A DNA stretch of 64,000 nt from Thecamonas trahens ATCC 50062 (taxonomy: Eukaryota > Protista > Apusomonadida), in contig NW_013657642.1 of assembly GCF_000142905.1 (NCBI RefSeq), positions 65,688 to 129,687 on the forward strand, written 5' to 3'. The notes below the pieces were generated by a model. It saw only the letters and a program-made list of their open reading frames with translations. It did no database searches and was not told the origin of the DNA. Shown here one piece after another: positions 21,718 through 31,521 of this stretch. The position numbers and the translations under genes are program-made. Positions within the stretch are counted from its first letter, which is position 1, and the number at the start of each line of letters is the position of its first letter.

Positions 21718-23664
21718 ATGGTGATGTCTGCTGCACGACGAGCAAGCACCAATTCGGCCTCGGCCTCGGCCTCGGCCTCGGCCTCAGCCAGCACCGCCTC
21801 CTCGGTCGGCCGCAGGCGGGAAGAGGACAGGCAGCCGCGGCGCCAGCGACGGGGGACGGGACAGAGTGGGCGGGAGGATGGGAGCACATGCGGGAGCGTC
21901 GTTGGGAGCACGGGTGGGATGGCGACCGAGGGCAGCGAGGCCGAGGAGGAGCTGCTGCGGCTGCTGAAGATGCTGCAGCGCGAGCGGGATGAGGCTGCCG
22001 CCGCTGGAGGCTATCGGCGAGCTGGCGAGCTGCAGAAGGAGATCAACTACGTGCTGGCATCGGAGCAGGCTGTGGTGCTGGAGAGCATGGCCGACGCCGC
22101 AGAGACTGCCGCCCGCAATCTGACTGAGGCTGCTCGCGAGGCGTACAAGGCCAAGGCCCGTCTCTGGGACCGCCGCATCGCCCGGTTCAAGGAGCATGCC
22201 GTAGCGGTGCTCGACGATGTGACCCGTGAGCACGAGAACGAGCTCGTCGCCGAGTGGGCCCGGCTGCGGGCGATGCCGTTCCGCCCGCGGTTTTCGGCCC
22301 GACTGCACCATCTGCGCAAGCGTGAGGCGACACTGGCCCGGCTGCAGCGGTACGACGAGGCCGAGGCCGTCCAGGCCAATGCCGACGAGCTAGAACGGGC
22401 CGAGCTGGCGGTGCTGAAGCAAAAGCGCGAGGACTCGCATGCCCGCAAGGTGGCAAAAGTCATCCGTGCGCAGCGAATTCGGATCGCCGCGCTGGAGAAC
22501 CGCATGCAGCGGTTAGAGGCCGAGGCGGTCCGGCGGCGCGAGGACGAGCTGCTCACGCTGATGCAGCGCGACTTTGCGGCCCGGTACGAGTTTGGCGTGC
22601 GAGCGGCGGCCGACCAGGCCAAGACTGCCCGCTTCTTCCACAACATCGACTCGCTCGATGAGCGCAAGCGCGGTAAGGCCACCATTGTCCAGCGCCGCGC
22701 CTACGACCCGCGGGTCTCCGCCCGCAACCGCGGCTCCTGGGGCTCGGCCAAGCGGGCTCGCCGCAAGAAGAGCCCGCCTCCGCCGGCGCAGCTGCCCGCT
22801 GGAGACTCGGCCGCCGCCGCCATGCTCCCGGACACCGAGTTTGAGCGGCTCATGGATGCGGACGACGACGACTTTGCGTCTCCCAGCACTGCTGCTGGTG
22901 GCTCGTCTGATCGTGGCTCGCTGGCGGATGTACCCACCTCGGACGATGGATCGTTGAGCGCGGTGACGGGCGAGAGTGAAGATGATGACGAGGGCGAGGA
23001 GAGCGCCGGCGCTGGTGCTGACGCTGGTGCTGCCGCCGGCGCTGGTGCTGACGACACCGAGGTTGACTTTGATCTCGACATGGACGACTTTGAGTCCGAA
23101 TCGGGTTCGGCCTCCGCCTCGGTCTCGGCCTCGGTCTCGGTCTCAGCCTCGGCCTCGGCCTCCGCCTCGGTCTCCGCAGTCGCTGCGACAACCGAGACAC
23201 AGAATGTGGCCGTCGAGGACTACGCGGGCTTCTCCGATGCAACCGATCTGTCATCCCCTGCAGCGACTGCAAATCCTGGCGTTACGGCATACGCGAGCTC
23301 GTCGACTGCCTCGTGTGACGTCGATGCCGCTGAAACCGCCATCTCAAGCGCCGACGCTGACGTGGCTGCAGGCACCACCGCAAGCATCGACCTGGTCGCC
23401 CTCGCCGCAGATGCAGACGCAGACGCCACGTCAAGCACAGAGCGCACAGTAGACCCGGGTCTGACTGCTGATCCCAGCGGAGCACCTCCGTCTCCGCCGC
23501 ACAACTACACGATGGACTCGGCTGCGTTTGAGAACTTCTCGCTCTCGGACGACGACCCGTCTCTTGAGTCCGACGCGAGCTTCCCGGACCTGGCAGCGTT
23601 GGCCAACAACGACGACAAGCGCAGGTTCTCGCTCTCGTCGTCCACGCAGAGCATCGACGTGTAG
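21718..23664 (+). CDS. Coiled-coil protein with long acidic Ser/Ala-rich tail (uncharacterised; start could be 21919)
   Basis: Long ORF with coding-like codon use and a helical region RPRFSARLHHLRKREATLARLQRYDEAE. Confidence 0.7.
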   Translation: MVMSAARRASTNSASASASASASASTASSVGRRREEDRQPRRQRRGTGQSGREDGSTCGSVVGSTGGMATEGSEAEEELLRLLKMLQRERDEAAAAGGYRRAGELQKEINYVLASEQAVVLESMADAAETAARNLTEAAREAYKAKARLWDRRIARFKEHAVAVLDDVTREHENELVAEWARLRAMPFRPRFSARLHHLRKREATLARLQRYDEAEAVQANADELERAELAVLKQKREDSHARKVAKVIRAQRIRIAALENRMQRLEAEAVRRREDELLTLMQRDFAARYEFGVRAAADQAKTARFFHNIDSLDERKRGKATIVQRRAYDPRVSARNRGSWGSAKRARRKKSPPPPAQLPAGDSAAAAMLPDTEFERLMDADDDDFASPSTAAGGSSDRGSLADVPTSDDGSLSAVTGESEDDDEGEESAGAGADAGAAAGAGADDTEVDFDLDMDDFESESGSASASVSASVSVSASASASASVSAVAATTETQNVAVEDYAGFSDATDLSSPAATANPGVTAYASSSTASCDVDAAETAISSADADVAAGTTASIDLVALAADADADATSSTERTVDPGLTADPSGAPPSPPHNYTMDSAAFENFSLSDDDPSLESDASFPDLAALANNDDKRRFSLSSSTQSIDV

Positions 23665-23772
23665 CGTGCGGTTCCATCAAACACCACTTTGGCTGGGCCG
23701 CATCGTGGCGAGTTTATGACATGAGCATGTTCGGCACGAGAGGAAAATGCGAGTCGAGGCAGAGCATCCTAC

Positions 23773-25119
23773 TTACTTGAGGGGAGCAAAGCCGACGCGC
23801 GAGTTGCCGTTGTCAAAGGCGGTGTAGACGGTGCCGAGGAAGACGTCGCCAAGGATGACGAGCTCGCCGATCTGGGGCGGGAGAGCAATGCCCATGATGC
23901 CGGAGATGCACTCAGTCTTGCCCTCGGCGGAGATCTGGAGGACGTACTGCTCGGCAGTGAGGGTGAAGACCTGGCCGTTGAGGGTGACCTCCATCTTGGG
24001 CATGGTCGGGATCTTGGAGCACTGGACGATGGCCTCGCCGGTCGGGAGCGGGGTGGCGCCGATGGCAGAGTTGAACTCGGCAGCCATGGCCATGGGCATG
24101 GCGATGAGCGAGGTACCGGTGTCGGCAATGCCGTGGACGTTGGTGGCGATGGTCTTGCCGTTGACGGTAATCTTGGGCAGGGCAAACTCCCAGTAGGTCT
24201 GGTTGGTGAGCGGGACCCAGTGGAAGTCACCGGCCTGGTACTTGGAGTCGTAGCCGCCAAAGGTGATCTCACCGCCGACAGTCGCGTTGACGTCGCGCGA
24301 GAGGTACACGCCAAAGACCGGCTCGTCGATGAGCTTCTGCGAGACCATGTTCTGGAACGGCGGGACGACGCCGTCGACAGCAATGGTCGGCCAGGCGAGG
24401 CCGAGGATGCCGTCGGCCTTGGCCACGATAAAGGTGATGCCCGGGAAGTGGGTGGCCTCGGCGAAGGTCTGGCCCTTGACGGTGAGCCCGGCAATGCCAA
24501 GGTCATCCTCAGAGAGGAAGCCCGAGAGCGAACCCTTGCCGTACTGGATGGCAAACGACTCGCCGTTGGCCTTGTACGTCGACGACTTGCCCGAGTTGTA
24601 CTTGTGGTGCAGGTCGCACGCGAGCTCGGTGATCTTGCACTTGGACGACGGAACCCAGAGGTTCGACGAGCCAGTGTCGAGGATGACGGTAAAGTCCTGC
24701 GCCGGCGTGCCGAGAGAGATCGGGCCGTAGTACTGCGCGTCCTTGTAGTCGGTGAGCGGCTCGTTGGCGCCGGTCAGCCGGGCGGTGTACCGCTGCGAGA
24801 GGTATGCCTGCGCCTCAGAGAGCACGCTCCGCTCCAGCTCGTGGCGCGGGAACAGCGGCATCTTGTGCACAGCCTATCTCCCCGCCTTCTGTGTGAGTCT
24901 TCTCCGCCATGACAGGTCTCACTCCACTCAGGTCGCCTACGTCACGTGACATGCCGTCGATCCCTCCGAAAAATAGAGGCAGGACAAAAAAGGGCGGCGG
25001 GGGGCAGAGTGGGGGAAGGGGAAAGGGGGGAGCGGGGGTGGGGTGGGGTGGATGGTGGTGCATACCGAGGCCGAGGCCACGAGGGCAACAGCAACAAACA
25101 CGAGAACAGCAAGCTTCAT
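23773..25119 (-). CDS. Cathepsin D-like aspartic protease (pepsin A1 family); exons 25119-25066 and 24873-23773
   Basis: Signal-peptide exon MKLAVLVFVAVALVASAS, then an in-phase GT..AG intron 25065-24874. DAQYYG, two DTG motifs (DTGSSNLWVPS, ADTGTS) and ILGDVF. Confidence 0.95.
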
Positions 25120-25458
25120 GTTGTGTGGGGGTTAAGTGTGTCACACTAGCCCTTGACGGTACGGTCGTTCGGACGCGTTGTCGCCCGCCTCAGAGTGAAC
25201 AACCCGACGACGCTTGACTTGCAGGTCACCGGCCGACGCTGCGCGACGCCTGCTTGGCCTGCGGCTTGAGGTGGGAGGCGCGCCCGCACGTGGTTGCTCT
25301 CGCGGTGACGGACGCCTGGAAGCATCGAGGTGCCGTACGGCGCCGATCCGGCGATGTGGGTAGGGAAGGGGTGGGGGGACGCATCGGGTGCGGCAAGAGG
25401 TGGTGTCGTCGATTGCGGTTATTTCAGAACGGGGAGAGCGGAGAGAGGGCAAGGGCAA

Positions 25459-25785
25459 TCAGTCGAGCTCGGCTCGGGCACAGACGCCATCGAGGGCGGC
25501 GGTGTCGTGGAAGATGGCGGCCATGGCCACCGCGAGGGTGTTGAGCACAGCCGGCGGGCCGTAGACACACATCATGCCAGCCTCAGGATCGTAGTCCAGC
25601 TCGTCAGCCTGGCCAGCGGCCAGCACATCACCTGCCACCACCTCGGCCACCGCCGCCCAGTCGTAGCCGTTCCCCAGCGCGCCGTGGCCCTCGAATACAG
25701 GTGTGCGGACCATAAACTGGCTATCAGTCAGCATGAGGCACGTTGTCCCCTCAAACTCGTTCATGACAAAAGGTGCGATGCTCAT
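25459..25785 (-). CDS. Immunity protein 51 (Imm51)-like, bacterial type
   Basis: 108 aa, intronless. IAPF, GNGYDW, DYDPEAGMMCVY and terminal RAELD match my recollection of the Imm51 consensus. Confidence 0.8.
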   Translation of the reverse strand: MSIAPFVMNEFEGTTCLMLTDSQFMVRTPVFEGHGALGNGYDWAAVAEVVAGDVLAAGQADELDYDPEAGMMCVYGPPAVLNTLAVAMAAIFHDTAALDGVCARAELD

Positions 25786-26099
25786 GTGGGGCTGTGCACG
25801 ACAAGAGATGTATGCCCAACCCTATTGCGGTCGTACCAATGGAAGGTCCCCCCCCTTTCCCCCGCACTCCCTCCCCCGTCAACCAGATCCCGGCCATCAA
25901 GCCACCATCGCCCCCGATCATACACACACACAAATATATATATATACATAAGCACATACCTGTAGTAACCCTGCAGTCGATCAATCCATCCAGACAGCGA
26001 CCGATGACCAACGAGCCGACCCACGAGCCGAACGATGACAAGCCGACAGAGAGACGGAAGGAGCGGGTACTTGTCGTCGTCAACTGAGCGGAGGGCAAG

Positions 26100-27101
26100 A
26101 TGTTTCGGACAATGTTCGACTCTGACGTGACGACGTTCTCGCCCATGGGACGTCTCCACCAGATCGAGTATGCACAGGAGGCAGTGAAGCAGGGCGGTGC
26201 TACCCTCGGGCTGCGGTCGGACGAGCATGTGGTCATTGCCGGTCTTCTGCGGCAGACCAAGAAGCTCTCTGGCCACCAGCCGAAGCTGTTTGTCATTGAC
26301 GACCACATGGCGGTCTCCATTGCCGGCCTCACCGCCGATGCCCGTCTGCTCATCAAGTACATGCGCACAGAGTGCCTCAACAACAAGTATGTCTTCGACT
26401 CGCCGCTCCAGGTCGCCACCCTCGTCGCCGACCTCGCCGACAAGGCCCAGTCACACACCCAGGACTATTCCTCACGCCCCTACGGCGTCGGCCTCCTGGT
26501 CGCCGGCTACGACGTACGTTCTCTCCCTCCTCTTCATCCCTCCCCTCCCCTCCACTCCACCCCCTTCCCTTCCCCTTCCTCCCACTTGCCCTCCCCTCCC
26601 GCTGCCTTGGTCGCCCGGCCCAAAAACAGGTCGCCTTGCACCCGCCACACACCACACACCGCCACCACCACTGCCACTCACCCCCACTACCCCCACCCCC
26701 CACCCCCCACCCACCCCCTCCTCTCGTACGAGTAGAAGTCGGGCCCGCATCTGTTTGAGACCTCGCCATCTGGTTCGGCGTACGACTTTCGGGCTCAGGC
26801 CATCGGTGCCCGCTCCCAGTCTGCTCGGACCTACCTTGAGCGCCACTATGAGACGTTTGCTGATGCCTCGCTCGAGGAGCTCATCACCCATGCCCTCACT
26901 GCCCTGCGCGAGACGGCGGGTGACACCGAGCTCACTGCTGAGAACGCATCCATCATGATTGTTGGCAAGGACACGCCGGCCCACGAGCTCGCCGCCGACG
27001 ACATCGCCGCCCGTCTGGCGGCCCTCGGTGGCGGTGCTGCTGCAGAGGACGACGCCGCTAACGACGACGACGAGGGCACCAACGAGAACCCGAACGCCTA
27101 G
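26100..27101 (+). CDS. PSMA1: 20S proteasome subunit alpha type-1 (alpha6); exons 26100-26513 and 26736-27101
   Basis: MFR..DSDVTTFSPMGRLHQIEYA, RPYGVGLLVAGYD | KSGPHLFETSPSG...AIGARSQSARTYLER. Phase-0 GTACGT..TAG intron. Confidence 0.95.
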
Positions 27102-27153
27102 TCTGCTGGCTCGACCTTGAAGATAAAGCTCAGCGCCCTCCGGTCTCGCCGGC

Positions 27154-28647
27154 CTACAGCTTAAAGATGAAGCCGAGTCCCATGGCAAGCTCGTGGCTCG
27201 GCCGCGCCAGCGAGCCCGACGCCACCGCCGCCACAGTCACCGCCGGCGAGAGCTTGGCCCACACCGCCACCGCAGCCTTGCCGTCGGTGTCGACCCGTGC
27301 CTTGAGCTTGGCATCGCGCGAGACTGACAGCTCGGCGCCGATCTGAAGCAGACCCATCGGGAGGACCGGAAACTGGCTCGCCAGCCACGACGGCGTCGCT
27401 GGCTGGGCTGCCTCTCGCTGTGGCTTGCCACCTCCGCCAGCCTTGTTGCTCGCCGGTCGCGCCTTGCCGCCTCCGGCTTGCCGCGGCTTCTCGACCACAA
27501 ACTGCGAAAAAAGCTTGAGCCGCGGCATCGGTGTCGCCACCGTCCGGAACCCGCCTTGCACCACCTCGCCGTTGGCCAGCGCCACAAAGGTGTAGTGCTC
27601 CGCTCGCTTGTCAAGCCAGCCAAGCGAGACCTCGGCCTTGGCCGGGAACCACGATGCCGACGCCGCCACCGCCGGCGCGCCGGATCCGCCCGTTGCGCCC
27701 TCGCCGCCTGTTGCCGCCCGCCACACATCGGCGTGGCCCGCCACGCCAAGGACCAGCGAGTGCGAGTCAACTGAAACGTGGTCGTGCGCCATCGCCGTGC
27801 CGTCGGCCGCCCGCCGCGCCACCAGCCCCACAAGGCCCTCGGCAAAGACCGAGGCTCTTCTTCCGCTCTCAACCTTGGCCGTGATTGAGCCGTTGGCATC
27901 AGCGCCGTGGGCTGTCATCGTCGCCTGGGCCTTGAGCTGACCCTTGGCGCCCGGCGCCTTGGTCGCAGCAAACGGCAGCGACGACAGCGCCATCGTCGTC
28001 GCAACCGAGACCGTCACGCCCTTGGCCAGCTCCGACCGGTACTTGGCCTCGAGCCGCAGGCCGTGCGACTCGTGCCCGGCCTTCATGTCGCGCGCAAGCA
28101 CAAAGGTTGCGCCCGAGCCGGCGTGGTAGAGGCTACTGGATCCGCTCCACCACCTCGCCGGCTGGCCCGGCTTGGCGCTGCCGTCGTAGTGCAAGCCACC
28201 AATCGAGACAAGGCCCGATGGCCGCGGTGGCTTGCCGCTCCTCTCCTCGTCGCTCTCGCTGCTCTCATTACCCGCCGCTTTGTACGTGTGCTTGACCTTG
28301 AGATCGGTCTTGAGCGCCGGCTTGCGCGCTGCAATCGAGGACGTCAGCGCCACGTCCGCCGTCGGCCCTGCCTTGCCGGTCACCGTCGCCTTGACCATGC
28401 CTGATCCCGCAAACCCCTTCTTGAAGAACTCCTTCACCGAGTTTGCCAGCTTGCTCGCCATCAGCGCAGGCCGCGGCCGAGGACCCTTCTTCCCATCGCC
28501 GCCGCCCTTCTTTCCCCGGCTCTCCGGCTGTCCACCGCCTCCCGCCCCACCGTCACCAGCTGGCACACCACCGTCACCAGCTGGCACACCACCGTCCGCC
28601 GCCTCGCGAACACTGTCAATCTTGATGCGCTCCCGTAGTGTCTCCAT
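27154..28647 (-). CDS. Divergent VDAC/porin_3-family beta-barrel protein with long insertions
   Basis: LANSVKEFFKKGF resembles the VDAC N-terminal helix. The C-terminus DAKLKARVDTDG...KLSPAVTV...HELAMGLGFIFKL resembles the last VDAC strands and beta-signal. Confidence 0.65.
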   Translation of the reverse strand: METLRERIKIDSVREAADGGVPAGDGGVPAGDGGAGGGGQPESRGKKGGGDGKKGPRPRPALMASKLANSVKEFFKKGFAGSGMVKATVTGKAGPTADVALTSSIAARKPALKTDLKVKHTYKAAGNESSESDEERSGKPPRPSGLVSIGGLHYDGSAKPGQPARWWSGSSSLYHAGSGATFVLARDMKAGHESHGLRLEAKYRSELAKGVTVSVATTMALSSLPFAATKAPGAKGQLKAQATMTAHGADANGSITAKVESGRRASVFAEGLVGLVARRAADGTAMAHDHVSVDSHSLVLGVAGHADVWRAATGGEGATGGSGAPAVAASASWFPAKAEVSLGWLDKRAEHYTFVALANGEVVQGGFRTVATPMPRLKLFSQFVVEKPRQAGGGKARPASNKAGGGGKPQREAAQPATPSWLASQFPVLPMGLLQIGAELSVSRDAKLKARVDTDGKAAVAVWAKLSPAVTVAAVASGSLARPSHELAMGLGFIFKL

Positions 28648-28787
28648 CCCGCTTGCCGTCGTCTGTCGCCTGCTCGTCGTCGACAGTCGAGTGTCGCCGC
28701 CCAGCCACCCCCCCCCCACACACACACACACACACCCTCCCGCCCACACACACGCTCTCACGACATTTATCACGCTCGCTCTTCCCA

Positions 28788-29739
28788 TCAATGAACCAGC
28801 GAGGTGTACGTCAGCCGCAGATGGATCGAGCCGGACTTGGTGTTGTTGAGATCGACCCAGACAGAGTGCCCGCCTTCGGTCTCCATCTCCTCGGTGATGG
28901 CCACGCTGGCAGAGCCCATCGAGTCGTCGGCAGAGAGCTTGTCCCAGTCCATGACGTCGAGATGGAGCTCGGCGCCAAAGTGCGGGACGCAAAACATAAA
29001 GGTCTCGCCCCACACCGGGTTAAGGCTCTTCTTCTTGATCTTCGACTTGAGCTGCTGCGCCCCGAGCGAGAACTTGACGTACGGATCAGACTTGCCGCTC
29101 ACGTCGCACGCCACCAGATCCTTGCCCTCGAGCAGCTCGACAGCCACCGTCCCGATGTACTCTTGCATGGCCGTGAGTCCGCCGGCGGCAGTCTCCTCAC
29201 TCGCTCCACGCGCTGCAAGCTCGGCGTTCTCGGCCTCGGTCCGTGGCAGCGTTTCGTTGCCTGGCACAAACGCCTTGTTGGCGTACTTGGCTGAGATCCA
29301 ATCGGTCCGCGCTGCCCGCGACGCGTCCGGGCCGGGCTTGATCCACCCCTCGGGCACCTCGGCCTCGTACTCGGCATTGACCACCGCATTACCCTTGGCC
29401 AGAAACGCCTCGAGCATCTCGCTCTCCCAATCATCCAGCACCACCGATCGCATCTTGGTGATGTGGACCCCGAGGTTGCGATGGACGCCCGAGCACTCGA
29501 TACAGACCACAGCGCCCAGATTCGTCGACGCCCACCTCGGATCTGTCGCCCGCAACCCGATATTTACCATACCCTCCCAGTCAGTCGCCCGTCTCCCCCC
29601 ACACACGCCCTGCTCAGCCTCGCTCGGCCTCGCTTGGTCCAGCTCGTTGTTCCGTACCGGCCGCGCCACAATCGGCACACACACAGTTGGCCTCGTCCTG
29701 GAAGAAGCCCTCGAACTCGGGCAAGTATGACTCGGCCAT
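28788..29739 (-). CDS. ArfGAP with C-terminal C2 domain; exons 29739-29658 and 29542-28788
   Basis: Splicing the GTACGG..CAG intron (29657-29543, CTGAC branch site) restores [29 protein letters not shown]. C2 motifs SDPYV, LNPVWGE and DWDKLSADD. Confidence 0.92.
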
Positions 29740-29992
29740 GGAGAGACGCTCGGTAGAGTTTGGTTGCTGCAATGGGGCGGGTCAAGTATCGCCTCCTATC
29801 CCCGTACCCCACAACCAGAACCAGTACCAGGCCCAGCCCCCCTCCTCCACGCATCTGCGACTGCCGACTTGCTTGACATGCAGCCATTGCGCCGGCCGGT
29901 CTGCTCGCATCGCAAGCCACGACAGACCAGCTCACCCATAGTGACACGTCGACATCTGTCAACCGTACCTCCATTCCGGCGCATTGCCACCG

Positions 29993-30029
<37 letters not shown>

Positions 30030-30380
30030 GTCGTCATCGTCGCCATCATCATCAAGACAAACGAGCTGCCGTCACAGTTACGGCCATACACATGCCGACC
30101 CTCCCGCTACCAGTACCAATACCCATACCAATACCCATACCCATACCAATACCAATACCAATACCAATACCAAGCAAACAGAACATCGATCCCCACATCC
30201 ATACCATGGCCCGAAAACCTGCAACTGTGCCTGGCCTGGCTCCCCTGCCCGGCGACTTGCCCAGCCAGCCACAAGTGACCTGGCAAGGGAGGCACGAGGC
30301 AAGACGGTCGAGACCACCACCACCTCACTCCCTCTCACCACCACCACCACCACCACCACCACCACCACCACCACCACCAC
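29993..30380. repeat. Microsatellite cluster (CAT)n, (ATACCM)n, (CCA)n
   Basis: Directly visible between divergently oriented genes. Confidence 0.9.
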
Positions 30381-31336
30381 TCGCCTACCCACGTTCCGCC
30401 TTTGCCTCCCTTGACTGCCTCGGACGGGACATGGACCTCGGTGACGGCACGCCGACGGTAGCCTGCGGCCGGCCAGCCGTCCTCACCAGCGCCACCTCCA
30501 ACACTCCGACCAGCGCCACTGTCACTGCCACTTCTTCGCCTACGCCCACGGCTTTATCGTCGTCTACCGCCGCTGGACTCAATGATGCAGACATGGTTGC
30601 TTTGAAGGCTGACATGGCTGCCCTGGAGGCTGCAGAGAGCCAGGGCGTCCGACTGGTCCCGGCTGGGAACGCTGCTGGCCGCTCCGGAAGGCTGCTGTTC
30701 TCGCTAGATGATCTGGTTGTAGGTGAGGTATACCGCGCAGATGCTGGCTCGCTGGTGGTACGGGTGACAGACACCGACATCAACGTTATTGCTGGTGGGC
30801 TCTCGGATCGCATCAGGCTTCCCTCGCCGCCGAGCTCTCCGTCGTCGTTCGGCGAGCCGCCTACCATCTCGGTCACCGACGGTGGCGGCAGCGGTGGCAC
30901 CGAGGTTTGTGATCTCATCGTGGACATGGACGGCGATCCCGGTGAGCGATCCGACACGTCGGCACGGTCCGAGCCGCGTTCGCCGCGGATGCGGACCACA
31001 TCGAGCCTCTTCCAGTCGGCCATGGTCCAGGACCTTAACCCCTTTGCGCACTCGGCCCCAGAGCTCACTGAGAGCCTCGCGAGTTCGCCCAAGGTGTCAG
31101 GAGGCGAGGCCGACGCTGTCGCCCTCCTCGAGGCCGCCGTGGGCGCACCGCTGGCCGACGGCATTCCGCTCTGCGAGCTCCATCACCCTGATCGTGGCCG
31201 AGTTCTCTTTGCCCTCGCCGACCTCCCGCCCGAGCTCGCGCTCATGTCGCTCGATGGTAGCACCCGCCTCGAACGGCTCTCCTCCGACCTCGTCGTGCTC
31301 AACGGAAAGCTCTTTGACGTGCCATCAGCAACATAA
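30206..31336 (+). CDS. Hypothetical protein (start uncertain, could be 30431)
   Basis: Long ORF with coding-like codon use after about 30430; no family recognised. Confidence 0.55.
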   Translation: MARKPATVPGLAPLPGDLPSQPQVTWQGRHEARRSRPPPPHSLSPPPPPPPPPPPPPPLAYPRSAFASLDCLGRDMDLGDGTPTVACGRPAVLTSATSNTPTSATVTATSSPTPTALSSSTAAGLNDADMVALKADMAALEAAESQGVRLVPAGNAAGRSGRLLFSLDDLVVGEVYRADAGSLVVRVTDTDINVIAGGLSDRIRLPSPPSSPSSFGEPPTISVTDGGGSGGTEVCDLIVDMDGDPGERSDTSARSEPRSPRMRTTSSLFQSAMVQDLNPFAHSAPELTESLASSPKVSGGEADAVALLEAAVGAPLADGIPLCELHHPDRGRVLFALADLPPELALMSLDGSTRLERLSSDLVVLNGKLFDVPSAT

Positions 31337-31521
31337 CAGCTGCCCCAAACACACACGCCGCCCTAGTTGGCGTGCCACTGCATTTGGACTCCTGCTGCAC
31401 GCGTGCAAACAGGCACGACCCACGCCGACACTCCGCTCCCGCTCCTTCAGCACCTCACCTCCCGTGCTCGTTCACGCACACACACACACACGCTCACACA
31501 CACTCACTCTCTCGCATCGAC

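Noticed and set aside
28648-29013. N-terminal 122 aa of the 619-aa ORF
   Set aside because: It overlaps the ArfGAP-C2 CDS in another frame and crosses a GT repeat; the porin-like gene more likely starts at 28647.
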